Of a stretch of DNA of 64,000 nucleotides, positions 25,886 through 38,332 are shown piece after piece (within the stretch, counting starts at the first letter, position 1; the number at the start of each line of letters is the position of its first letter). This DNA is from Octopus sinensis. Its lineage: Eukaryota. The stretch covers positions 24,614,001 through 24,678,000 of the forward strand of contig NC_043009.1 in NCBI RefSeq assembly GCF_006345805.1, given 5' to 3'. The notes beneath the pieces are model-generated. The model saw only the letters and a list, made by a program, of their open reading frames with translations, searched no databases and had not been told where the DNA came from. The translations under genes were made by a program, and so were the position numbers.

Positions 25886-27034
25886 TACGTATATATATAT
25901 ATACATATATATTTTTTCTTCTCCCCTTCCCTTCTGGTCATTTCAAAATGTAACCATGTGTGTATCGTTGGCGATTTTCTTCCTCCGTCTTCCCTTCCTT
26001 TGGACTTTCCTCTTTTTCTGTGTGAGAAAACATGAGAAAACGAGAAGTTGACGTAAAAAGTGAAACGCGAAGAAAAGAAAAGAAGACGAAAATCTTCGTC
26101 CACTTTGACTGTAGCAGCCATAATATAGCTGGTCCAGAATATACTACAGATGTATCATTAGTTTATCTCTAGTAGGAAGCGAGCCCATATATTTCACACA
26201 GATGCCCGCAACAATATCAGTAACACGACTAACAATAATGGCGACAATAGTGCCTATTTTATTCTGATTTACTGCACCCTTCATGTTAAAGAGATTTTAT
26301 GCTTGAGAAAAGAATCTTACAGTAAAACACTCAGCTACACATGCCCAAACGATATTTCTTTTGCCAAATCTCCAGAAAACTAAACTCCATAATTCGCCAA
26401 AACGAGTCCATTTTGATGCGATTAAGAAGTAAAATTAAGTATTTAATAATATCTTTGAAGTCATCCCTTGCGGCATTTCCTACTTGCTCTGCCTTATGGG
26501 AACTGAACCTAAATATCATTGTTCCATAGTCCCTTCGCCCATCTTCATAAAGTATTCCGTTAGGAATTGTATTACGTTTTCTGCTATGACGCATGACTAT
26601 GTTTCCTTCATGTACAAGGACGGCTATTTTTCTTAAGACCCAACTGTCGGCCATCACTTTAAGATCCATATGAATGCGTGATACTGTTATAATGCAAAAA
26701 TATTCTTTCACAAATTGATATTTTTTTCAATATCATTTAATATTAATAATGACGTCACATTTTTATGTTTTAGATTTAAAAAGCAAAATCAATTTTCATT
26801 TTCTTTTGAACCTCTCAATAATAATACTGTTTAGGGAGTTGTTAATGCTGCTTTTCATTTGGATTTGAATACACAAAATATTCATATTCGTGTTTTGCAG
26901 TTTCCCTTTACTTGGACAAAATTCTTTGACCATTACTATCGGTGCCTTATTGGAAAATAAATTCGCCAGTGAGGACAAATAGTAAAAAAAGAAAAAATTA
27001 CACATTTCCCTCTAAAGAATGGAATGTATACCTT

Positions 27035-27185
27035 CTCTTCTTCTTTTCTTCTTCTTCTTCTTCTTCTTCTTCTTCTTCTTCTTCTTCTTCTTCTTCTTCT
27101 TCTTCTTCTTCTTCTTCTTCTTCTTCTTCTTCTTCTTCTTCTTCTTCTTCTCCTTCTTCTTCTTCTTCTTCTTCCCCTTCTTCTA
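27035..27185. repeat. (CTT)n microsatellite
   Basis: Directly visible; source of the poly-R/E/F/S/L ORFs. Confidence 0.97.
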
Positions 27186-27273
27186 CACACCCACACTTAC
27201 ACACTCATATATACACATGTATTTACGTACATATACAAACATACAAGCATGCAAACGCTTTTTACTAATGCTA

Positions 27274-27411
27274 TCCGTTGGAAGGACTGCGCTGACGTAC
27301 ACACGAAACGTACACCGAGTTGCCACTAGTATTCCTTGGTTTTAAAGGTGTGAATACCTGCTGGTTCTTACATGCTTTTCGTGTGTACGTCAGCGCAGTC
27401 CTTCCAACGGA
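27274..27411. mobile_element. 138-bp MITE-like element with perfect 35-bp TIRs and TA flanks
   Basis: 27272-27308 (tatccgttggaaggactgcgctgacgtacacacgaaa) is the exact reverse complement of 27377-27413; 68-nt spacer. Confidence 0.75.
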
Positions 27412-27413
27412 TA

Positions 27414-27885
27414 CCTGATATTGCATGTTCCGTGGGACAGGAAACAAAAATCATGTATTTTTGCAGAATTCAGCTGCCCAGAGGATGTGAATGTAGTCAA
27501 AAGACTAGGAAAAAGAGAACATTTATGACGAAATAATGTGGAACTTACAGCTCTTGTAGTCTGAAAAAACATCAAATATGCATCAGGTTATGCACCAACA
27601 AATTTGTACAAAAAATCTAGAAAAACTCGGTTTCACGGAAGAAGAGTAAAAGAAAAGTGCCGATTCTCTAAATTCAATTTATTAGTGGCAATGTGAAGAA
27701 TCGTAAGATATTCCCAAAATTCTGCAACTGAGATTCTTATGTGAATAGATGCAAAAACTTGAATGCATGCAACGACAGTTCAATCAAGACACCAACTCGG
27801 CTACTTATTTCTAAACACCGGGAATTGTCTTAACTTAAAAAGCGTTATTGCTCTGTGAGCGACTGGCTTGAAATCTCACAAGAGG
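27414..27885 (+). mobile_element. Decayed 3' fragment of a second RLE-type non-LTR retrotransposon
   Basis: Across frames: PDI..WDRKQKSCIFAEFSCPEDVNVVKR / IMWNLQLL / GYAPTNLYK / NLEKLGFTEEE, matching the RLE PD..D/E motif and C-terminus; followed by a UTR-like tail. Confidence 0.7.
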
Positions 27886-28000
27886 AACTTAAATTATAAA
27901 GTCAAAGAAAAGCCATACATATATACATACATGTGTATATATACATACATACATACATACATACATACATACATACATACATACATACATACATACATAC

Positions 28001-28115
28001 ATTGTTGTTGATGTTGAAATTCCAATGAAAGAGCATTGGATCTACGTTCGACCCAAGTCTTGGATCCAGGTCTCTCTCTATTGGCAAGAACTCTTGAAAT
28101 AAAACTGAATAATGA
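28001..28115 (+). mobile_element. ~115-bp element embedded in an (ATAC)n microsatellite
   Basis: Non-repetitive island between two (ATAC)n tracts, ending aaataaaactgaataat, similar to the Dong 3' terminus at 1765-1783. Confidence 0.45.
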
Positions 28116-28596
28116 CATACATACATACATAAATACATACATACATACATACATACATACATACATACATACATACAAACATACATACATATATACATAC
28201 ATACATACATGCATACAATAGTAAAGCGTTTCAATAAGTATAAGGCGTTTTCCATTGTTTGAATGATGCCATATCGCCAGTGAGGTGGGTGGGCCAACAT
28301 TATAACTACGCGTAACGCCAGTTCCTCGCAGAATTAAGCATTTAAGCAGTTCCAAGTGCACTGAAGTCACATGTTTTGCTCAGGGACAACGCACTGCCTC
28401 TCTACGAAACGAAACCGCGATCTCGTGATACATATGTGTGTCTTCCATTCTCTCCGCCTTCCCCCTCTCTCTCTCCTCTCTTTCTCTGTCTATATATATA
28501 CACACATAGTTGAAATTTGCAGAAAAACAAAAGACGATGACCGGTGTATAAACACAAACAGCTGGATTAGTATAACGCTCGGGAATGTGAGAAAGT

Positions 28597-28632
28597 CTTT
28601 TACGTTTCGAGCCTACGCTCTTCACCACAAAG
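28597..28632 (-). ncRNA. Degenerate minimal type I hammerhead-like motif
   Basis: Minus strand cttt-gtggtgaa-gagc gtag gctc-GAAAC GTA-aaag: stem I cttt/aaag, perfect stem II, palindromic ACGT stem III. The CUGANGA strand is corrupted. Confidence 0.4.
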
Positions 28633-28883
28633 GAACACGAGGAAATAAACAGAGAGAGACTAAAAAAAGCTTTCGGAGCTAGTGGTCAAGCATGGCGGCT
28701 GATATATAGATTTAAGATATTTCCAAGAGTCGGGTAAATTCGCTGCTGGCTTTACTCGATGTTTTGGCGAGCTGTCTGTGGGAAGTTTTGAACTAAATTC
28801 CTCGATATATAAAGACGAAAAACTCAGTATCTAGTGTTTGATGCGGTATATATGCGATATTCTGTATATATAGTTCAATAGCG

Positions 28884-28983
28884 ATTCTCGCTGACGAGCC
28901 ATGGACGGTTTACTGCATTGATTGGTTAAATAATTAATAGGAGTATTTTATCATTAAGGGCGAAACTTCGAAGTGCGGATATA
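28884..28983 (+). ncRNA. Degenerate type I hammerhead-like motif with long stem II insert
   Basis: CTGACGA (28891) GCC..~58 nt..GGC GAAA (28962), palindromic stem III acttcgaagt. The cleavage position is G (non-permissive) and stem I is only partly paired. Confidence 0.45.
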
Positions 28984-29626
28984 AATAACCATTTTTGAAT
29001 TCTCCCAAATTGTCCTGCATGCCTAAATTCAACGTGCCAAAATAAAAATAGCTTTCTCGTAGGTTGGGATTTAACTCCAATTTCTAGCGTGAGGAAAAAC
29101 CATTTAGTGGCTTTCCCTCAGTCTATATAAATAACGTTTATACATACATATGATATATATATATATGTATATATGATGTATGTATGTATGTATGTATGTA
29201 TGTATGTACGTATGTATTTATGTATGTATGTATGTATGTATGTATGTATTTAGGTATGTATGTACGTGTGTATGTATATAGTAATTAAAGTGTAGAGAGC
29301 CGCACATCAATAGATCGGTCTTACGAAAACATGAATGAAACTAATACATGTACTTTAATTCAGAAGTCATGTCCAATGGACGGAAACGTATCAATCAAAG
29401 TGAATGATAAAATATGTTGAATCTGCACATGAAAGTATTACTGATGGGACACATAGTTACAACTGTCAACGTTGCTGTTATCATTATACATACATACATA
29501 TCGATATACATATATACATATATACACACACACATACATACATACACCCATACCTATACATAAATACGCATATCATATGCATACATTCACAAATACGTAG
29601 GCAGACATATATATGTATGGTGTGTG

Positions 29627-29676
<50 letters not shown>

Positions 29677-29686
29677 ATGTATATAT

Positions 29687-29738
<52 letters not shown>

Positions 29739-29759
29739 GTATATATATATATAATATAT

Positions 29760-29795
<36 letters not shown>

Positions 29796-29803
29796 GATAT
29801 ATA

Positions 29804-29852
<49 letters not shown>

Positions 29853-30081
29853 TGTATATATATAATCTGTGTGTGTGTGTGTCTACTTCTAAATGTATTT
29901 GTAGATTAAAGAAATGTTTGAATGAAACAATAAAGAGAATTTATCTTGTATATAACAAGGTCGAAGATAGTTGCATTGCAGAGAAGCAGAGAGAGAGAGA
30001 GAAATTGAGAGAGTGAGAGAAAGAGTGAACATCCCTACACATTTTTAGAAATGTTACATTCATAGAAAATGACACTATATA

Positions 30082-30430
30082 CAGAATGCGGTGTCGTCTA
30101 AATTACTGATAAATAAAAATAACACATCTCATTTTAACAGATATATTTACTAAAATAATATAAAAATCTCATTGAATACTAAAGAGTAAATTTATTCAAT
30201 AACATCGCCATTGGCTTCAACCACCGTTTCAAATTTTTGGGGCGGTCTCTTTGTTTAACTTGGTGAATGCTGCAATAATCCTTGCCATCAGTTCATCTTT
30301 AGTGCCATAAGGAGTTTTGTTGGTCTCTGGCCTAACTGCGCCTCACACATAATAACCAAGGGGTGTCCAGTCAGGGGAGTTAGGTGGTCAGATGTTAGGG
30401 GTGATGTAGTCGCAGGAATTTTCTTTTTTG
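30082..30430 (-). mobile_element. 3' end of a Tc1/mariner DD37D (maT)-like transposon
   Basis: Minus-strand translation CDYITPNI*PPNSPDWTPLGYYV*GAV..ETNKTPYGTKDELMARIIAAFTKLNKET..VVEANGDVIE*; TA|cag terminus at 30080-30084. Confidence 0.75.
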
Positions 30431-30469
30431 GAGAAAAACTTTATCAATGGCCTGCATATTAAATATATT

Positions 30470-30503
<34 letters not shown>

Positions 30504-30544
30504 ATGAGAGAGAGAGAGAGAGAGAAGAGAGAGGATGAGAGAGA

Positions 30545-30585
<41 letters not shown>

Positions 30586-30982
30586 AATGAATGTAAAAAT
30601 ACATTACGACGGATATATCATGAACAATTCAAAATTATTTACGAATATATCAGTGACGAGAACTTGCAATCAAACTTTTTTCATAACAGAAGAGTGTATA
30701 ATTGTGAATAAATCACAATTATAACGGAGAGGGTTATAAAATTCCTTACATGCCTAGAAACAGCAGCCAAATCGCTATAAAGCCACTATATACTCGTAGT
30801 ATATATCCTCAATCATAAAAGCTTTCGGCGAGCGACATGACATAAAAGTCCACAATTAAAAAAAAATATGGTTAGTCCTCTATTGCAATTTCAAAGTTAG
30901 GAACCAAAAGTGGATGTATTATTCTTGTCAGGAGAACATTCCTGTACATAGAAATTAACACAAAAACAGGTTTGGGGCATTG

Positions 30983-31078
30983 AAACGATGGCTTAAAGCA
31001 AACTACCCACATGGTAATTATGTATGGATACAGGATGATGCTCCAGCCCACACAGCTAGAAAAATACAAGATTTATGG
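30983..31078 (+). mobile_element. Short DD37D/maT-like transposase fragment
   Basis: KRWLKANYPHGNYVWIQDDAPAHTARKIQD (QDGAPAH second-aspartate motif). Confidence 0.65.
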
Positions 31079-31084
31079 ACATTG

Positions 31085-31650
31085 AAACGATGAAATCAAT
31101 GTCGATCTCGGCGGAGATTTGAACTTAGAACGTATCGACGGACGAAATACCGTTCGGCATTTTTTCCCTGCGCAGTAACACTTCGGCCAGTTCACCACTT
31201 TGTGAATGTCAAGTATTACTTTCCAGTGTTGGCACAAAACCAGCAATTTTGGAGGCGGTTACAAGTCGGCTCCAATGTAAAACTGGTACTTATTTTACAT
31301 TGCGGAATTTGAACTCGGAACGTAAAGACGGACGAAATACTGCTAAGCATTTCGCCCGGAGCGCTAATGATTCTGCCATCTCGCTGCCTTGATATTGACA
31401 AATATTAATGGCAGTATTTGGGAGGTAGAAGGCTAGGCGGTATTTCGTCTGCCGCTACGTTCTGAGTTCAAATTCCGCCGAGGTCGACTTTGCCTTTCAT
31501 GCTTTCGGGGTCAATAAATTAAAGACCAATTACGCACTGGGGTCGATGTAATCGACTTAACCCGTTTGTCTATCCTTGTTTGTCCCCTCTGTGCTTAGCC
31601 CCCTGTGGGTAGTAAAGAAATAGGTATTTCGTCTGCCGCTACGTTCTGAG
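31085..31650. mobile_element. SINE B cluster: two minus copies, then a plus copy with a partial tandem second unit
   Basis: Family B motifs at 31085-31200(-), 31215-31395(-) and 31438-31650(+). Confidence 0.8.
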
Positions 31651-31952
31651 CATGCTCGTGAATTTTACGTGCAAGTGGCTGAGCACTCCACAGACGCGTG
31701 TAATCTTAATGTATTTCTCAGGGAGATTCAGCGTGACAAGGCTGGGCCTTTGAAATACAGGTACAACAAAAAGAAGAAGAGAAAACTGCGATGAAAAAGT
31801 ACAGCAGGGTTCGCCATCACCCCCTGCCGGAGTCTCGAGGAGCTTTAAGCGTTTCCGGTCAATAAATACTCACAACGCCCAGTCTGGGAATCGAAGCCGC
31901 GGTCATATGACCGCGAGTCCGCTACCCTAACCATTGGGCCATTGCGCCTCCA
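31651..31952 (-). mobile_element. SINE family C 5' part joined to a SINE D-type 3' body
   Basis: Minus strand head tggaggcgcaatggcccaatggttagggtagcggactcgcggtc..ggcttcgattccc (tRNA-like A/B boxes); 31651-31770 matches the D body. Confidence 0.8.
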
Positions 31953-32272
31953 TACGCAGAAGTATAAGGTAGGTGTATGACATGCTGTATAAATTGTAGG
32001 GGACGTATAACAGGTACGTTCTGAGTTCAAACCTGCCCGTGGTCGATGTTAGTTTTTATCATTCTCTGGGTCGATAAAATAAAGACCAGGCAGGTAGAGC
32101 CGATAAATTCAAGTACTGTACTCTCCCGACAATTGCGCGAACGGTTCAAGAAGTATGAACTAGAGGAGGAGTTGTAGGAGGAGGATAAGGATGAGGAGGA
32201 GGTGAATAGGAGGCGGAGACGAGGTGAAGGCAAAAGGATAAAAAGAAGCACCCGAATGCAGCAGCGGTAGTG

Positions 32273-32323
<51 letters not shown>

Positions 32324-32770
32324 AGCTGGTGGTAGGACGTCGTAATGGTTGTAGTGATAGTAGTAACAGTAGTAATGGTAGTGGCAGTGGCAGTTATAGA
32401 GGTAGTAGCGGCAAGAATTATTAGTGGCGGTGGTGGTGGTGGTGGTAGTAGTAGTAACAGTTGCAGTAAGAGCAGCAGCAGTAGTGGTGGTGGTAGTAGT
32501 AGTTAGTTGTATTATAAGAATAGGTTGTATATTGGCAGGAAAATTAGTTGTAAATACATCGAGAGTAAGTGTGGTAGCGTTTCGGTAACAACAGCCGTAG
32601 AAGTGGTTAAACACCAGTTCTATGTAGAAATGATGGTGGTGGTCATGATGATGATGGAAAGAAGGAGAGAAGGAGGAGAGGTGTGTGAACTGCAGATCCT
32701 CATTACCGCGATAATGAAAACGATGATGATGTCTGCAGACATACATGCAAGTTTTATGTATGTATGTCTG

Positions 32771-32822
<52 letters not shown>

Positions 32823-32823
32823 A

Positions 32824-32859
<36 letters not shown>

Positions 32860-33094
32860 GATATATATATACACATACATGCATACACATACACAAGCGT
32901 ACACACACGCGTGCACACACACACGCGCATACACACACGTATCTGTATATAAGAATATATGTACATGCATATGTTTTATTTATATATATAGATATATATA
33001 TAATATATATATATATATATACATATATATATACACATACTCACATATATATATATACATGTATATGTGTGTTTGTGTTCTTTGATTCTTTTAT

Positions 33095-33408
33095 TTATTT
33101 TAGTCATTTAGTCGAACAAATCGACCCCAGGACTTATGCTTTGTGAGCCTCGGACTTATCCAATCGGTTTTTTTGCCGATCTGCTAAGTTACGGGGACGT
33201 AAACACGCCACCATCGGTTGTCAAGCGATGGGAGGGGTACAAAGATAACACAGATAACACACACATATGACGGGACGGGCTTCTTTTAGTTTCCGTCTAC
33301 TAAATCCACTCCCAAAGCTTTGACCGGCCTGAGGTTATAGTAGAAGACACTTGCCCAAGGTGCCACGCAGTAGGACTGAACCCAAGCTACTTACCACACA
33401 GCCACTCC
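33095..33408 (-). mobile_element. SINE family A
   Basis: Reverse complement of head (cttaccacacagccactcc) and body. Confidence 0.85.
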
Positions 33409-33606
33409 TACACTATTATCTCTCTGCATAGATACATTTATGCATGGGTTCACGTGTGCATGTGTGCATGCATTTATGTAACTGCAAGTTTGTATATATG
33501 TATGTATATATATATATATATATATCACTTGATCACGTGACCGACCAGTCCATCAGATGGTCACAATGCGTTCGCACTGGGCCATTGCGCCTCCACATGT
33601 ATATAT

Positions 33607-33717
<111 letters not shown>

Positions 33718-33759
33718 GTACATATGTGTAAGTATAACCGCTTGTGTTTTTTCTATCTG

Positions 33760-34170
33760 CTTATGCGTTTGAACGTACACGTATGTACAAATGTGTGTGT
33801 GAAAATATATCAGTGTAGCTATGTACCCGAGCACAGATTCTCAATGCGTGTGTGTGTGTGAGTGCGTGTCTGTATGCATGTGAGTGTGTGTGTTTTTGTG
33901 GATATGTGTGCATGTGTGTATCTATGCGCTTGAGCGTACGCGTATGTACGAATGCGTGTGTGACAATATATCAGTGTAGTTATGTACCCGTGCACGGATT
34001 CTCAATATGTGTGTGTGTGTGTGTGTGTGTGTACATGTGTGTGTGTTTGCTTGTGTATGTGTGTGCATGTGTGTGGTTATGCGTTTGAGCGTACGCGTAT
34101 GGATGAATGCGTGTGTGACAATATATCAGTGTAGCTATGTACCCGTGCACGGATTCTCAATATGTGTGTG
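33760..34170. repeat. Three-copy ~160-bp tandem repeat
   Basis: Core atatatcagtgtagctatgtacccgtgcacggattctcaat near 33805, 33965 and 34120. Confidence 0.85.
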
Positions 34171-34719
34171 TGTGTGAGTGAGTGTGTGTGTGAGTGAGTG
34201 TGTATGCGTGTGCGTTGTGTGTGAGCGTATGTTTGTATATACATGATAGTATAACTTAGTGCGTTTGTATCAGAGCATGGCTTTTTCAATGTGTGATTGT
34301 GCATGTTTTTTTTCTTTGCTGTGTTTGTGTGTGTGTGTTTGTGCGTGAAGGTATGTAAACATATGTTTGTGATTATGTCATTTTATATCTGTATGTGATA
34401 CATGTGTGCATGCTATGTTTTTCTTTTTTCACTAGGTGTATGCGCATATGTTTGCATACGTATGCATGCGTGTATGTATGTGTGTGTGCGCATGGTCGCG
34501 TGAGTGAACGTCTGTGTGTGCTTTTAATTTAGGTTCTTAGTCCGTGTTGATTAGAATACATGGCATTTTCAGTGTGTGTGTATGTGTGTGTATGTTAGCG
34601 TATTTATGTGTCCGCGTTACTGTATGTCTGTGTGTGTCTGAGTACGTGTGTGTGTGAGTGTGTCTCTGTATGCATCTGTGCTTGTGTGCCTTTCGTCTGT
34701 GAACGTATGTTTATTCTTG

Positions 34720-34726
34720 TATGATA

Positions 34727-34764
<38 letters not shown>

Positions 34765-34803
34765 GTATATTTATATATATATAAATATATATGTACACAC
34801 ACC

Positions 34804-34841
<38 letters not shown>

Positions 34842-34918
34842 ATACATATACTTATATTTACATATATACGAATATATATGTACATATATATATATGCCTG
34901 TATATACATACATTTACG

Positions 34919-34962
<44 letters not shown>

Positions 34963-35066
34963 CTTATATTTACATATATACGAATATATATGTACATATA
35001 TATAATGCCTGTATATACATACATTTACGCACACACACACATATATATTATATATATATATACCCG

Positions 35067-35102
<36 letters not shown>

Positions 35103-35317
35103 ATATATAAATAAATATATATATATAATATATTATATATATAAATATATATATATATATAATATATATTATATATATAATATATATAAATATAATATAT
35201 ATATATATATATACATATTTATATATATATATATATATTATATTATATATATATTATATATTATATAATATATATATATATTATATATATTATATATATT
35301 ATATATTAATATATATA

Positions 35318-35376
<59 letters not shown>

Positions 35377-35405
35377 ATTAATATATATTATATATATATA
35401 TATTA
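34720..35405. repeat. (TA)-rich field including a ~110-bp tandem duplication
   Basis: Directly visible; 34841-34935 is repeated at ~34955-35045. Confidence 0.95.
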
Positions 35406-36074
35406 ATGTGTATGATTGTATTGCGTTCTTTTGTAATTTAGTATATGTGTGTAAGTGTGCGTTTGAATTAGTGCGTATGTCTGCGTGCGTATGTGTATGT
35501 GCTTCTGTTACTATATACATATATATGTGTATGAATGCATGTTACTTTATTTTTTTCTCAGCGTATGTGTATTTGTGTGTCCGTATGCACGTACGTATGT
35601 ATATGTATACGTGTGTGTGTATGAACGTTTACGTGTTAGTATAGCTATATGCGTAAACGTGAGTGCATTTTTGTTTATTATGTGTGTGTGTGTGCATGTG
35701 TGTAAAATGGTGCTTGTATTTTATTATATTTGTGTATGCATGTGTACATGTTATCTTTCATTGAGTATATTATATATAAGTGTGTGCGTGTGTGTTTATG
35801 TACGTGTGTATGTGTGTACGTGTGTGCGTGTGAGTGCAAGAGCACGTGAGCGTTATGTAGAAGCTTTGCTCTCCTTCTAGCCAGCATACCAACCTAACGA
35901 TCGGCCAGCCACCCATCCAAGCATTGCCGTCACCTGATCAATGTCGGCCATCAATCATACCCGCTTCTGGCTGCGATTCTCTATCAAAGCCAAACGATGC
36001 GAGAATGAGTCGCCTAGCAACTGGCATTAGCAATATTTTTGGAAAAGACCTGACTTGGTTTTGGGAAATAGCAA

Positions 36075-36760
36075 ATGAAGATGGGGAAGAGAATGAATAA
36101 AAGAATGAATGGGAAGGAACGGCAGGAAGATGAAGAAGAAGAAAAAGAAGAAGTAAACAAGGAAGAAAAAGGAGGAAGTGAAGAAAGAAAGAAAAGAAGA
36201 AGGGAAGAATTGGGTGTGAGGATTGTGGAAAGAAGAGGTGGGAATGGTGTTAGGGGTGGTGGTGGTTGTTTTGCATGGGGAGAATAAACTTCAGGTTGGA
36301 AAGGGAGGAAGAAGGTATAGTAAGAAAGAAAGAGGGCAATGAAAGTAAGAAAGAAAGAAAGAAAGAAAAAATGGGATCAAAGAGGAAAAGGAAGAAAGAC
36401 AGAAGGACGTGAGAGAAGAACGAAACGGCGAAGTTGTAACGGCAACAAAAAGGAAACCAAGAGAAAACGGACGAAAGAAAAGAACGAGTTATAATGAATG
36501 ATGATGATGACGGTGTTGAAGAAGAAGAAGAAGAAGAAGAAGAAGAAGAAGAAGAAGAAGAAGAAGAAGAAGAAGAAGAAGAAGAAGAAGAAGAAGAAGA
36601 AGAAGAAGAAGAAGAAGAAGAAAGAGGAGGAAGGAGAAGGAGAAATACGATGAAGAAAAGATGATGGAGATGGTGAAAAGAAGGAAATGGAGGAGAAAAA
36701 TAGAAGAAATAGTTGAAGAACAAGATTAAAAGACGAAAAGAAAATGGGTGATTACTATTT
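36075..36760. repeat. Polypurine tract including (GAA)n at ~36517-36620
   Basis: Directly visible. Confidence 0.9.
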
Positions 36761-37227
36761 TGGGCGAAAGAAAATTAGTCCAATAGGAGAACATTGAGGA
36801 GCGAAAGAGGAAATTGTGTTGAGAACGAGGCTGAAAGAAATCGAAGAAGGAGAGCTGAAAGAACGAAGGAAAAATGGACGGTGTCGAGTAGATAAGGGAG
36901 AATCTAATGATTTAGTGAATGCGAATTAACAACACTGCTAAATCCCCACGCGCACAGCTAATCCCATAGGAATATATTTGAAATAATTGTGAATGAAAGC
37001 ATGTAAACGAAAGAAGGAATAACTTTGAGATAAAGGACGCGTAAGGAAAGAAAAAAGTTACATAAATTAAGATAGATACAGTCACATCGCCGATTCTCTG
37101 GACACTGGTAGTCCGGAATCCTTATAATCCGCACCATCTTACATATGTATCTTTTTATGCTTTACAAAGATTTTTTAATCGAATGAATCGACACTTGTAG
37201 TTTTTTTTCAGCCAGGTACACATTCTT

Positions 37228-37734
37228 ATTTCATTACTGCTCGCTAGGGGCTACACACAGAGAGGACAAACAAGGATAGACACACGGATTAAGCCGATTA
37301 CATCGACTCCAATGCGTAACTGGTACTTAATTTATCGACCCCGAAAGGATGAAAGGCAATGTCGACTTCGGTGGAATTTGAACTCACAACGTAACGGCAG
37401 ACGAAATACCGCTAAGCATTTCGCCAGGCGTGCTAACGTTTATGCCAGCTCGCCACCTTTTATCTATCGGTCTCTTTTGCCGATATGCCGAATCACTAAG
37501 TTATGGGGACGTAAACACACCAACACCGGTTGCCAAGCGGTGGAGGCGGACAAACACAGCGACGAAGATGCCCCCCCCCATACACACATACGGTGGGATT
37601 CTTTCAGTTTCCGTCTACCAAATCCATTGACGAGGCCTTTGTTGGTTCGAGATTATAGTAGAAGAGAATTGCGAAAGGGATTAAACCGGGAACCATGAGG
37701 TTAGGAGGTAAACTTCTTACCACACCGCCACACT
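37228..37734 (-). mobile_element. Adjacent SINE B (37228-37457) and SINE A (37460-37734)
   Basis: Family motifs on the minus strand. Confidence 0.85.
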
Positions 37735-38295
37735 TAATTGTATTTAATATTACTGAATAATTAAATTCAATATTTGTTTAATTTTAAAGTATGTTGATCA
37801 AAGTATCCACTTCTGTTTCGGAAAAACTAGTAAGCCGGATTCCGGAAAATCGATGTTGTACTTGTAGAAAGATATGAAGAAGGGAAGGAAATGAAAAAGA
37901 AACAGGGAATGAGAGGAATAAAGAGAATGAGATAAAAGAAAGATTTAATGAGAGAAGAGAAATGGAAGTCAGTGAATGCGTCAAAACACGAAGGAAGGAA
38001 AAGGGATGAAAAGGTGTAGAAGGTAGTGGTGGTGGTGGTGGGGAACTGAACGGAAGGGAAAATGAGTTGATAATCGGAAATAAAGAGAAAAGAAAGAAGG
38101 AGTTTTATAAATAAAAAAAAAGATGTAAAATAAAAGAAGGAAATATTCTTGAACGTGAGTAGGGTGTCTAAAAGTTTGGGGCCGAAATGAAGAAATATAC
38201 ATGAGCGATAAAACGAAAAACAGAAGGATCGAATCTTTAAAATTAGAAAAAGAATTCAAAATAATATTGAGAAGAAAGAAAAAAGAAAGAATGCA

Positions 38296-38332
<37 letters not shown>

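Noticed and set aside
26331-26711. 126-aa minus-strand ORF in unique sequence
   Set aside because: No recognisable motif and only weak splice signals; cannot be told from chance without a homology search.
28215-28370. Minus-strand peptide LAIWHHSNNGKRLILIET, faintly like an RLE motif
   Set aside because: Lacks the PD dipeptide and flanking motifs; similarity is too weak.
31900-31952. tRNA-like sequences here, at 61250-61318 and in other SINE heads
   Set aside because: They continue into SINE bodies and lack a complete acceptor stem; SINE heads, not tRNA genes.
33760-34170. Repeat-spacer pattern resembling a CRISPR array
   Set aside because: Eukaryotic context, ~90-bp repeats, spacers made of simple GT repeats, and no cas genes.
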